A stretch of DNA of 64,000 bases from Terriglobia bacterium (GTDB lineage: Bacteria; Acidobacteriota; Terriglobia; JAJPHL01; JAPKYU01): NCBI GenBank assembly GCA_965223005.1, contig CBDCVK010000010.1:1440001-1504000 (forward strand). Reading direction: 5' to 3'. The notes beneath the pieces are model-generated. The model ran no database searches, had not been told where the DNA came from, and worked only from the letters and a program-made list of their open reading frames with translations. The position numbers were made by a program, and so were the translations under genes. Below, piece after piece: positions 51,116 through 60,871 of the stretch (position 1 is the stretch's first letter; every line of letters starts with the position of its first letter).

Positions 51116-51970
51116 TTAGGCGCCCGAGTTGGAAGACCGGTCAAGCTTGATGCTTTCCCAGGCTGGCTCGCGCCTACCGACTACGCTTGCGGGCCATCGC
51201 AGCAGGCCAGCAGGACTGAAGTCGGCGATCCTGACCTGCTTTTCGGTGACCGTGATGGGAGCCTGAAGTTTAAACGTGATCACCGTCTCGCTCGGGCAAA
51301 CTGCCGGATCTCCCCGTGTGGCGAGCACAACACCCGTCCCCGCTCCAGCTCCGGTGGCAGCACCAATCCCTGCTCCCTTTTTACCCCCAGCGATGGCGCC
51401 AATCCCGGCGCCAATGCCGGTCGCGATGCCGACTTTCGTAGCGTCCTTTTTCTTCGTGGTCTTTGCCTTGCAGCTACGGACGTTGGTATCAATGGCGATC
51501 GTCTGGCCATCGGCCGTCTCGAGTTGCGTCAGTTGAATTGCCAGACTAGCTACACCTTTGACGCGTCCCCCTTCATCCGCTTCAGCAATGCGGCCTTCCA
51601 CTGTGGAACCCTTGGGAGCGATCACCCACTCGCCTTCCACCAGGGGTTCTTCCAGGCTCGCCGTGAAAGTATCTCCTGTCTTGTTCGTCTTTGTGGAAAG
51701 CGTACTTGTGGTGCGCACCTTCAGCTCAGTTCCCTCAGGGAGAGTGACGGTCCGGGGTTGAGGTTCGGCGGCTTCTTCTGTCGCGGTGGCCCCCTCGGAG
51801 GAGGCGCCGGCAGAGGGAGCGGGATGTGTGCTTCTCGTGGGCGTGCTAGAAGTCTCGGCGGCAGACTCGCTGGCTGGCTCGTTAGCTGTGGTGCATCCAG
51901 GCTGCAAAACCAACACTGCAGCTAGCCCACAGATTAAGAAGAAACCAAATCTCTCACGCTTCCTAAACAT
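51116..51970 (-). CDS. Lipoprotein with TrbI/VirB10-like beta domain and glycine zipper
   Basis: AGGAGG RBS; lipobox-like LQPGC; VTLPEGT, GDTFTASL, GAGIGAIAGGKKGAGIGAATGAGAG. Confidence 0.78.
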   Translation of the reverse strand: MFRKRERFGFFLICGLAAVLVLQPGCTTANEPASESAAETSSTPTRSTHPAPSAGASSEGATATEEAAEPQPRTVTLPEGTELKVRTTSTLSTKTNKTGDTFTASLEEPLVEGEWVIAPKGSTVEGRIAEADEGGRVKGVASLAIQLTQLETADGQTIAIDTNVRSCKAKTTKKKDATKVGIATGIGAGIGAIAGGKKGAGIGAATGAGAGTGVVLATRGDPAVCPSETVITFKLQAPITVTEKQVRIADFSPAGLLRWPASVVGRREPAWESIKLDRSSNSGA

Positions 51971-52166
51971 GGAAATTACCTCCTGAGCAACCATTCCTGA
52001 CAGCGCAGCCATCCTGCGCGCGTCTTGTAGCGGGTGTCAAGGTCGGGGGAAGGTCGGGCGGACAGTGATTTGGCCGCAATGAACATCGGATTGCTTTGCA
52101 AGGCAACGTCCCCGTCCCGCCTCACCCGCTGCCGAGGTTTTGGTGCCGGTAATTCGCTTGCGAGTC

Positions 52167-52555
52167 CTACTTGGTCTTGCCTTTGGCTTTTCCCTTGCCG
52201 TCGGCTTTGGCCTTATCCTTGGTCTTACCCATTGGCCTTGGCCTTACCCTTGCTCTTAGCTTTCGTCTCCGCCTCGTCGCTGGAGCCGCCGCTCCTTTTT
52301 ACCAGGCCAGAGGGCTGCTCGAAGCCGCGGTGCTCCTGTCCCTGGCCCAGCTCCTGGGCTTCGCCTGCCCGCGTAGTACCTGCGGCTGCCGGTGGCGTGC
52401 GCTGACTTGCCGGACGCGCCATGCTCCGTGTCGGCAGCAGCGGACTTCGGCTTGTCTTTCCCTTTCGCTGCGCCTTTTCCCTTCCCCGTCCGTGCCGGCA
52501 CAGCTATGGCCAGCACGACCAAGGCCGCCAGGGAAAGATAGATCAGTCGTCGCAT
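52167..52555 (-). pseudogene. Small secreted Lys/Gly-rich protein with two apparent frameshifts
   Basis: GGAGG RBS; signal peptide MRRLIYLSLAALVVLAIAVP; KGKAK-type tail continues over three frames to TAG at 52167-52169. Confidence 0.6.
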
Positions 52556-52584
52556 CGGGACCTCCTCGTATCGTGCGCGCTGTG

Positions 52585-52634
52585 GTTGTGTGCGCTGTGG
52601 GTAAGAGAATTATACCCACAGAGGGCGCCACAAC
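52585..52634. repeat. Imperfect inverted repeat related to the CACAGAG family
   Basis: GTTGTG..CTGTGGGTA / TACCCACAG..CACAAC. Confidence 0.55.
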
Positions 52635-52775
52635 ACTAAGGCATGATTCACAACCTTCTCCTGGGATCTTCACAGGCCTCGCCAAACGGCACACGGGCCG
52701 CCTCACCCTTCCCTGTTGCGGACTCCCACGTGCTGCCCAGCAGGTTCACGCGGGCGGTTCAGACCGCAAATGGGG

Positions 52776-53705
52776 CTATCCGGCACGGGCATGCGTTGGT
52801 TCAAAAATCCTCCCCACCGCGTCGGCCGCCGCAGCCAACGAGGGTCTCTGCAGCACTTGGACCGCTTTCCCGCGCGGCGCCCACATGTGTGGGTCAGAGT
52901 CTTGGAAGATGGCCACGGTCGGCAAAGCCAGGGCGGCGGCCAGGTGGGTGACACCGGTGTCGTTGCCGATGAACAAGTGGCAGCGGCTGAGAACAGCAGC
53001 CAGGAGCCGCAGGTTGCCGGTGTGCATCCGGCGGGCGCCCAGGCCGGGCGCCGAGGTCATCACAGCTTCGACCGCGTCGGCGTCGAGCGGACCTTCGCAT
53101 AACAAGATGTGAGCATCCCATTGCCGTGCGAGGTGTCCGGCGAGCGCGCCGAATCTCTTGGTGCCCCACTGTTTCCGTCGGCTGCTGGCGCCCGGGTGAA
53201 TCACCGCCACAGGCCGACCGCCAGCGCGTAGCTTGGCAAGGTAGTCTTCAGCGAACAACGTGTCCGAGTGGTTCAGAAAAATCTCCGGGTGAGCAGGAAA
53301 ATCACCGATTTCGCCAAACAGCGAGCGAAGCTGGGTACGCCGAAAGTCGCTGAAGTGGAGCCTCTGCTCCGGCGCGGGAAACTGCGGCAAAAAATGGGCG
53401 TGCGGCTGGACCGCGGCAACAGCCGCAACCAGCTCGGGCAGGTTCGCTCCCCGCCAGGAGACCACCAGGTCGAAGGACTCCAGCGCATGGAGGGTGCGGG
53501 CCGGCAGTGGGTAGCTGTCCAGGCCGGTTTCGGCCAGCGGGCGGGCCCGGTCCGCGTACGCCGGGTGTTCCACCAGTGGCACAGTCGCCCGCTCGCACCA
53601 AATTTCCATACCTTCCTCACCGAACCTTTGCCGCAGCCAGCGCAGCGTAGGGAGCGACAGGATCAGGTCACCGATAGCACCTGGTTGGATCGCCAGCATC
53701 TTCAT
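52776..53705 (-). CDS. GT9 family heptosyltransferase-like glycosyltransferase
   Basis: PGAIGDLI, IHPGAS..KQW, FIGNDTGVTHLAAA, WAP. Confidence 0.92.
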   Translation of the reverse strand: MKMLAIQPGAIGDLILSLPTLRWLRQRFGEEGMEIWCERATVPLVEHPAYADRARPLAETGLDSYPLPARTLHALESFDLVVSWRGANLPELVAAVAAVQPHAHFLPQFPAPEQRLHFSDFRRTQLRSLFGEIGDFPAHPEIFLNHSDTLFAEDYLAKLRAGGRPVAVIHPGASSRRKQWGTKRFGALAGHLARQWDAHILLCEGPLDADAVEAVMTSAPGLGARRMHTGNLRLLAAVLSRCHLFIGNDTGVTHLAAALALPTVAIFQDSDPHMWAPRGKAVQVLQRPSLAAAADAVGRIFEPTHARAG

Positions 53706-54538
53706 GCTTGGCGCTTTCGGCTGAGCAGCGTCGCGGCCGCCTCGGCCGCCTCCTTCACCAGGTAGCCCATGCGCGGGTGCTGCGCCTCCAGGTCTACATC
53801 CAGGCCGTATTCCCGAAGGCCGCCGCTGGCGGTGGGGCCGATGGAAGCAATCACCACACGGCGGAACGCCTGTCGAAGCTCATCTGCCAGGCCCTCTTGC
53901 CCGGCCACCTGAAACAGGTGAACCACCTGGACGATATTGGTGAACAGCGCCAGGTCCACCTCGCCGGCGATGATGGCGTTGATGGCGGAGCGCAGCGGCG
54001 CCAGGTCCTGCGGCAAGGTCCAGCGGTAGACCGAAACGCGGGTGACCACGGCGCCTCTGGCTTCCAGTTCGCGCACCAGCTCCGGGTTAGGGACGCCGTA
54101 CTCCTGCACGGCTACCCGGCGTCCTTCCAGGGGCACCTTGTCCCGCCGCCCGTCCAGTTCGGCGAGTATTTCGCGCCACGTGTTGGGCTCGGGAACGGTG
54201 ATGGTGATCGGAACACCCATCTCCCGTAGGACCGCGGTCGGCTTCGGCCCGCGCACGACCACTGCCATGTGCTTCAGGGCAGCCACCAGATCCTGGCGGG
54301 AATAGCGTTTCTCCAGCAACTCGAAGAGCGTCCGTGTGCCCACCCCGGTGAGGAAAATGATCACTTGGTAGCCGCCAGCCAGCAGTTCCTCGCCGAAGGC
54401 CAGCGCCGTGGGGTTTTCCTCAAGGGGGACTTCGCGCAGGGTAGGAGCGGACATCGGACGGCCGCCTTTGGCGGCGATCAAACGGGCCATCTCCTGGGCC
54501 CGGCGACTTTCAAACGAAACCACGCGCAACCCGTTCAT
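53702..54538 (-). CDS. hemD: Uroporphyrinogen-III synthase
   Basis: SFESRRA, FLTGVG, RGPKP, VYRW, SIGP. Confidence 0.9.
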   Translation of the reverse strand: MNGLRVVSFESRRAQEMARLIAAKGGRPMSAPTLREVPLEENPTALAFGEELLAGGYQVIIFLTGVGTRTLFELLEKRYSRQDLVAALKHMAVVVRGPKPTAVLREMGVPITITVPEPNTWREILAELDGRRDKVPLEGRRVAVQEYGVPNPELVRELEARGAVVTRVSVYRWTLPQDLAPLRSAINAIIAGEVDLALFTNIVQVVHLFQVAGQEGLADELRQAFRRVVIASIGPTASGGLREYGLDVDLEAQHPRMGYLVKEAAEAAATLLSRKRQA

Positions 54539-54560
54539 CGGCTACCTTCCCTGCCCTGCC

Positions 54561-56021
54561 TCACGATCTAATGTAGCGCAGGCAGGCAGCGGCCGCAGCC
54601 CGTCCGCTGCGAATACAGTCGGAAATACCCACGCCCGACTCCCAGTTCCCGGCCAGAAACAGCCCCGGATGGCGCAGCAATCGCTGCTGGACTGCTGCCA
54701 CCCGCTGCTGGTGCCCGAGAGCATATTGGGGCATGGAGCGAGGCCAGCGGTAGATGCGCACAAACAGCGGCGCTTCGCCCAGCCCGAGAATGCTTTTCAG
54801 TTCTTCCCGCACCAGCGCCGCAACCTGCTCATCGTCCAGTTTCAGGACGGCCTCATCACGGCTGCCGCCCAGGAAACAACGCAGCAGTGCGCGGTCCGGC
54901 GGCACCCGCGTGGGGAACTTGGTGTGGACGAACGTGCAGGCCAGGAGCCGCCGCCCTTCCTCGCGGGGCACCAGGAAACCAAAGCCGGGCGGAAGCTGCT
55001 CGCGGACGTGCGATGGGTAGCCCAGGGCTACCGTTAGGGACGAGGAGTACGGCGTGGCGGCCAACGGAGTGGCCAGTTCCCCATCCAGCCCCCGAATCAG
55101 GCGCGCCGATTCATGACTCGGCAGCGCCAGAACCAGCGCGTCAAAATCCAGGAAGATTCGTCCTTGTGCCACCAGGTTGTAGCTGCGCCGACCGGCCCGC
55201 TCGGTGACCTGAATCGCCGCCACGGGTGTCCGGTAGAGGATTCTGGGCCTGTCTTCCCCGCCCTCCAGTCGCGCCTGGATCGCCTCGACGAACTGCGCCA
55301 GGCCGCTCCGCAGCGTGGAAAACAGCGGCCGTGGCGCGGGCGCGGGTGGCGCCCGGCGGGCGTTCCTGCGCGCTTGGAGCGCGGCGCGAATCAGGCTGCC
55401 GTGCTGTTGCTCCATTCCGACGAAACGCGGCAAGGTGGCCTGCATGCTTAGCTGCGCGGCCTCGCCACCGTAGACACCCGCCAGTAATGGGTCGGCGATG
55501 CGCTCCACCATGGCCTTGCCAAAGTGCCTGGAGACGAAGCTGGCCACTGTCTCCTCTTGAGCGCGGCGGGTTCCATGGAACAGCTCGCGCAGCATCTTTA
55601 GCTTTTGCCCCCACGGGATAAGGGGCGTAGTCACCATGGGCAGCAGCTGCGTCGGGACCAGGAACTGCAGCCCGTCGGGCAGCGGGACGAGCTTCCGACG
55701 GTGCAGGATATAGGTGCGGCGCGCGGAGTCATTTGAGCCAATGACGTCAGCCGCAATCCCCAGTTCCGTCGCCAGCTCGAAAGCCTGTGGTTTTTCGGTG
55801 AGAAACGAATCAGGGCCGGCTTCGACGACGCAGCCCTCGGCGCGGTCGGTGTAAATGACACCCCCCAGCCGCGCGCTCCCCTCGAACAGGTGCTCCTCGA
55901 TCGACTGCCCGGCCGCCCGCGCCATCGCCAGGTCGAAAGTCGCGGCCAGTCCCGAGATGCCGCCGCCCACGACCGCTACCCGGCCGGGCATCGCTTGTTC
56001 ATTTTTCCGAATCGCGTCCAT
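54561..56021 (-). CDS. hemY: HemY-type (co)protoporphyrinogen oxidase; start may be 55991
   Basis: VVGGGISGL, EAGPDSF, GFGFLVP, MPQYALGH, GVGISDCI. Confidence 0.93.
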   Translation of the reverse strand: MDAIRKNEQAMPGRVAVVGGGISGLAATFDLAMARAAGQSIEEHLFEGSARLGGVIYTDRAEGCVVEAGPDSFLTEKPQAFELATELGIAADVIGSNDSARRTYILHRRKLVPLPDGLQFLVPTQLLPMVTTPLIPWGQKLKMLRELFHGTRRAQEETVASFVSRHFGKAMVERIADPLLAGVYGGEAAQLSMQATLPRFVGMEQQHGSLIRAALQARRNARRAPPAPAPRPLFSTLRSGLAQFVEAIQARLEGGEDRPRILYRTPVAAIQVTERAGRRSYNLVAQGRIFLDFDALVLALPSHESARLIRGLDGELATPLAATPYSSSLTVALGYPSHVREQLPPGFGFLVPREEGRRLLACTFVHTKFPTRVPPDRALLRCFLGGSRDEAVLKLDDEQVAALVREELKSILGLGEAPLFVRIYRWPRSMPQYALGHQQRVAAVQQRLLRHPGLFLAGNWESGVGISDCIRSGRAAAAACLRYIRS

Positions 56022-56110
56022 CTTCGGCAGGGGCTTCGGGCCCTTCGCACGACGGAACGGAAAAGCCGCGCGAACGCTCCAGGAGTAGCGCCTTCCCCCG
56101 CCATTTGGAA

Positions 56111-56398
56111 CTAGTCAGGCAGAATTTCCGCGTCCAAGACCCGGGGCTGGTCGAGATAATGAGGCAAGGCAAACTCAGCCAGGAAGCGCTCCACCCTGAT
56201 GAATGCTCCTCGCCACTCGCCGGGCGGGTGCGGCTGATCGGCCGGGTGGCGGCACGGACCGCTGCTGCCGTACTGGTGACCAAAATCGCTCTCGACAATC
56301 TCGTCGAAGTGTTTGAGGCTTTCCCAGGCTTCATTGCTCACAGTACCACCGAGATCGATCTTTATGCTGATAGTCCGCAACTGCAGTGAATCTTTCAC
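56111..56398 (-). CDS. Small hypothetical protein
   Basis: GTG start preceded by GGAG; protein-like composition; co-directional with neighbours. Confidence 0.55.
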   Translation of the reverse strand: MKDSLQLRTISIKIDLGGTVSNEAWESLKHFDEIVESDFGHQYGSSGPCRHPADQPHPPGEWRGAFIRVERFLAEFALPHYLDQPRVLDAEILPD

Positions 56399-56425
56399 AG
56401 CTCCACGTTGCAAGGTGCGAACGGG

Positions 56426-58393
56426 TCAGGGCTGGCAGGGTTGCACGTCGGCGTTGACCGCCAGGGTAGTGAAGGGTGGGCTGCTTACTCCTTCTATGGT
56501 CACTATAATGGGCACGGCCGGCCCCGAGGGAGGATCCTCATTCTCATCCGGAATGCGAATATTGATCTGCCAGGATCCAACAAAGTCGGGCGCGGCTCCG
56601 CTGTATTCGACAGTGACGGGAACACCGCCTAGCGTGACATCCGGAAGCGTGGGCGCCTCCGACAGAGGGCTGGATGGAGCGGGTTCCCCAGTAGCTGGCT
56701 CCGGCGTCAAGGCACCCTGACCGGTGCCAAACAATTGCACCACTGAATCCGGCTCCGCGGGCTTGGCGTTGACCAGGCAGCCATCCACCGAAACCACCGA
56801 GCCATCTTCGTTGAGCGCCGCGGCGGGGCCGAAACCGGTCTGGGCTCCAACGACCGTATCCCCTACCGCGTGGTTATTGGCAAGAAAAGCAGCGAAGGTA
56901 GTTTCCGTGACCGATATGACTTTGACGACTTCGGCGTTGTCTCCTGAGCCAACCAGAAGATATATGCCGGTGTAAATCCCAGCCATGCTCGCTGGCGTTA
57001 TCGTCTCCAATCCCAGAGAAGCCGGCGTATTCAGGGTCGTGCTTACCGTCGTCAATTGCGAGAAAAGCGCAGGACTGGCCACGCCCAGCAAGAGATCCTC
57101 CCGCACCTGACTGCCGCCTGATCTGAAGACAACAAAGGGAACGGTCCGTACTTCGCCGGCCTGAATGTCTTGCGCCAGTTCGGCGGGAATTTGGAAATTA
57201 ATCTGAGTCGGGGAAACGAAAAACAGCGGCGCATTCAGCTCCACGCTGCCTCCTGGGCCAATCACCAGCCCGCCCGTGTCCAGGCGGACTCTGACGCCCC
57301 CCAGCGTGGTGGGCAGGGGAAAGCCGGTGGCGAACTCGGTTTGGCTGGCCAAGTCGGTCCCGAAGCCGGAAACGATCATGCCGGGCGCCAAGGAGCCGCC
57401 TTGGAAGGCAGCCGCGTTGACGATTGTGAAGCTCCCAACCACGGGAATATCTATGAGGGCGACGCTGTTGTTTGAGGGCAGAACCACCGCCGTTTGGCGC
57501 CCCCACTGGTTGGTTGCCGCAGCGGTCGGGCCGGTTAGGCTGCTGAACTGCCCTATCACCTCGTTGGTGGTCAAATCCAGAAGTACCGCCTGATTGGTGG
57601 TGTTACTGGAGATGACAGCCGTATTGGTACGGATGTGGATGGCGACCCCTTGCGGAGACCCGATGGGGAGTTCTTCGATCTCCCCGGTACCCAGCTTCAC
57701 GATGGAAATGCTGTTCCCATTGGCATTGCACACCACCGCCACGTTGGTGACAGGATTGACGGCCACGGCTACCGGGGACGCTCCCAGGGGCAGCGTGCCG
57801 ACGACGCGCGCCTCCACCAGATCCACCAGAATAATGCTGTTCTGTGCCGGGCTGGCCACCACCGCCACGTTAGTGGCGCTGTTGACCGCCACCGCCTGTA
57901 CGGCGCCCGACAGCACCGCGCCTGCCAGCACCGGGACATCGGGTACCGTGCCCACGACGGTGCGCGTGGTCAAGTCAATCAGGGACAAGGAGTCGCTGTT
58001 GGCATTGGACACGACTGCGATATGGGTGCTGCTGTTGATGTCCACGCTAAAGGGCCTGCTCCCGACCGGAACGCGGGCGACAACCTGTAAGGTGACCAGG
58101 TTAATTAGCGTGACCTCGTTGCTTTCCGAATTGGCCACCACGGCCAGGCCTAACCGGTCGTCCACGGCCACCCCAGCCGCTGTGGACACCGACTCTTCTA
58201 CCGTGCGCAACTCCAGAGTTCCCAGGTCCAGCACGTTCACTGAGTTGTTGGCGAAGTTGCTCACGATGAGCTGATTCCCCGACGGGTAAAAAACCACACC
58301 GCGCGGTACCGCACCAACGGGAATCTGCTGCGCCTCTTGCGCAAAAGCCGACACACACACGAGCGCCAGAAAGCAGCAAGCGGAAATCCGCAT
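56426..58393 (-). CDS. Secreted YncE/YVTN beta-propeller with TIGR03437-type C-terminal domain
   Basis: Signal peptide; IPVGxxP / AVVANxxSNxVS repeats; VNAAAF..LAPG, FFVSPTQINFQIP, VQLFGTGQG, YSGAAP..WQINIRIP. Confidence 0.88.
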   Translation of the reverse strand: MRISACCFLALVCVSAFAQEAQQIPVGAVPRGVVFYPSGNQLIVSNFANNSVNVLDLGTLELRTVEESVSTAAGVAVDDRLGLAVVANSESNEVTLINLVTLQVVARVPVGSRPFSVDINSSTHIAVVSNANSDSLSLIDLTTRTVVGTVPDVPVLAGAVLSGAVQAVAVNSATNVAVVASPAQNSIILVDLVEARVVGTLPLGASPVAVAVNPVTNVAVVCNANGNSISIVKLGTGEIEELPIGSPQGVAIHIRTNTAVISSNTTNQAVLLDLTTNEVIGQFSSLTGPTAAATNQWGRQTAVVLPSNNSVALIDIPVVGSFTIVNAAAFQGGSLAPGMIVSGFGTDLASQTEFATGFPLPTTLGGVRVRLDTGGLVIGPGGSVELNAPLFFVSPTQINFQIPAELAQDIQAGEVRTVPFVVFRSGGSQVREDLLLGVASPALFSQLTTVSTTLNTPASLGLETITPASMAGIYTGIYLLVGSGDNAEVVKVISVTETTFAAFLANNHAVGDTVVGAQTGFGPAAALNEDGSVVSVDGCLVNAKPAEPDSVVQLFGTGQGALTPEPATGEPAPSSPLSEAPTLPDVTLGGVPVTVEYSGAAPDFVGSWQINIRIPDENEDPPSGPAVPIIVTIEGVSSPPFTTLAVNADVQPCQP

Positions 58394-58741
58394 AGCAGCT
58401 ATTTTGACGTGTCAAACCAGCGCGGACAAGGAGGAAAAGGGGCCGCGGGTGAATTACTTTGGCACACCGGTTTCGAACGCCCGGCACCAGATGTTCGAAC
58501 CGGTTCTACACTGGTTCGCACACCGTGTTTCCGGCGACTCGCGCCCTCCGGTGAGGGCACCACCCTTCCCCCTTTGCGGATAAGAATCTTTGATGGCTGT
58601 CATCGGAAAGTTCGATTTGCGTGGGCACCCTGCTTGTGATCAACTTTCGTTCCCGAAAGCGTTGCGGGAGGGAAGGATAATGAAGAAGCGAATCGCAGTT
58701 CTTGTGCTTTGGGCGGAGGGGCGGACAAGAGGGGTGAGAAA

Positions 58742-60118
58742 ATGAAATGTCGTACCGCATTGCGTTTGATTTCCGGTTTGTTCTTGTGTCTGCCGGCGTG
58801 GGCGCAAGCTGGGGAAGCGCAAGCCGCAACCGCAGAACTCAAGGTGTCGGTCGACACCGTTTGGGTCCTAGTTGCCGCCTTTCTGGTCTTTTGGATGAAC
58901 GCTGGATTCGGTTGCGTCGAGGCGGGGTTCTGCCGCGCCAAGAACACAGTCAATATCGTCGGCAAGAATTTTGTCGTCTTCGGGCTTTCCTCTATCGCGT
59001 TTTGGATAGCGGGCTTCGCCATCATGTTCGGCGACGGCAATTCCTTCATGGGCCTCAAGGGGTGGTTCTTGGCTGGTCTCGATAATAGCCCGGCCATCGA
59101 GGCTTATGAGGGCGTCTATAGTTCTATCTCGTGGACCGGTGTCCCGCTGCTGGCGAAGTTTTTCTTCCAACTCGTGTTTGCCGGCACGGCTGCCACGATC
59201 GTCTCCGGCTGCGTTGCCGAGCGGATTCACTACCGAGCCTACATGATTTTCACGCTGGTGCTGGTCGGGGTGTCCTATCCGATTACGGGCCACTGGATTT
59301 GGGGTGCCGGTTGGCTGGCCGATCTGGGCTTCTGGGACTTTGCTGGCTCAACGGTAGTTCATTCGGTCGGCGGTTGGGCCGGCCTGGCCGGTATTCTGCT
59401 GCTGGGCGCAAGAACTGGGAAATACACTGCTGACGGCTCCGTGCGGCCCATCCCAGGCCATAGTATGGCTCTCGCTTTCCTGGGCGGGTTGATCCTCTGG
59501 CTCGGCTGGTTTGGCTTCAACCCCGGCAGTACGATGGCGGCCGATGGCGTATCGATCGCCCACATTGTGGTGACCACCAACATGGCTTGTGCTGCGGGCC
59601 TGTTGGGCGCGACGATGACTGCCTGGTTCTGGCTAGGTAAACCCGATTTCAGTATGACGGTCAACGGCGCCTTAGGGGGCTTGGTAGCGATTACGGCTCC
59701 TTGTGCGTTCGTCGACGTTTGGGCTGCCATCGTGATCGGTCTAATTGCAGGGATTCTTATTGTGCCTGCCGTGCTCAGTTTTGACCGGCTGCGGATTGAC
59801 GACCCTGTGGGAGCCCTCTCGGTCCACTTGGTCAACGGAATCTGGGGAACGCTTTCGATCGGGCTTTTTGCCACTGCGGCAGCTCCCGGAGGCGGTCCCG
59901 ACGGCCTGCTCTATGGCGGAGGATTCGCTTCGCTTTGGGCCCAATTCATTGGAGTTGTCGCGGTTGGCGCATTCACGATAACCCTTTCGCTTTTGGTCTG
60001 GGTCATCATTAAATGGACGTTGGGCCTGCGAGTCAGCCCCGAAGATGAAAGTCGCGGCCTCGATCTGAGCGAAATGGGAATGGAAGCCTATGCCAGCGAC
60101 CCGATGCACCGACGCTGA
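58742..60118 (+). CDS. amtB: Ammonium transporter
   Basis: FFFQLVFA, SGCVAER, WDFAGSTVVH, GWFGFN, NGALGGLVAIT, DDPVGALSVH (both pore histidines present). Confidence 0.97.
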   Translation: MKCRTALRLISGLFLCLPAWAQAGEAQAATAELKVSVDTVWVLVAAFLVFWMNAGFGCVEAGFCRAKNTVNIVGKNFVVFGLSSIAFWIAGFAIMFGDGNSFMGLKGWFLAGLDNSPAIEAYEGVYSSISWTGVPLLAKFFFQLVFAGTAATIVSGCVAERIHYRAYMIFTLVLVGVSYPITGHWIWGAGWLADLGFWDFAGSTVVHSVGGWAGLAGILLLGARTGKYTADGSVRPIPGHSMALAFLGGLILWLGWFGFNPGSTMAADGVSIAHIVVTTNMACAAGLLGATMTAWFWLGKPDFSMTVNGALGGLVAITAPCAFVDVWAAIVIGLIAGILIVPAVLSFDRLRIDDPVGALSVHLVNGIWGTLSIGLFATAAAPGGGPDGLLYGGGFASLWAQFIGVVAVGAFTITLSLLVWVIIKWTLGLRVSPEDESRGLDLSEMGMEAYASDPMHRR

Positions 60119-60148
60119 TGTCCTGGGCCTGCATCAGCGTGCTCCCGT

Positions 60149-60230
60149 ATGGGCTTCAAGGGGTGGTTCTTGGTGGACATTACCCAGTACTGTGAGCAGG
60201 GCTACGTCTTGGAGTAAATCTATGCACCGA
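60149..60230 (+). pseudogene. Relic of a second amtB copy in the amtB-glnK spacer
   Basis: 60149-60173 matches 59048-59072 at 24 of 25 nt; weaker similarity continues downstream. Confidence 0.6.
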
Positions 60231-60250
60231 CCGGCACTCAACCGGGCTAA

Positions 60251-60619
<369 letters not shown>

Positions 60620-60871
60620 CGCTTTTTCGCCATTCTGCGTACATCGTCAAGTTAATAACGCTACTTTTTCCGTCCTGCGCGGAGCGTGTAGTCCTTTGCT
60701 AAATCAAACATTTTTATTTTTGTCCATTTCCAGCGCGGCATAAGTCTATAATTTATATTCATAATAGGAAAAATCGATCACGCCAATCCAAAGAATAATC
60801 TTTATATTTGTGCGCCATTTTTCCTAGACTTGGAAAGTGAAGTGGCATTGTGTGAAGGAAGGAGACCTGGA

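Noticed and set aside
52034-53112. Plus-strand ORFs 52034-52405 and 52171-53112
   Set aside because: Antisense to the Lys/Gly-rich gene and the GT9 gene; the Leu/Pro-rich appearance mirrors the Lys/Gly codons.
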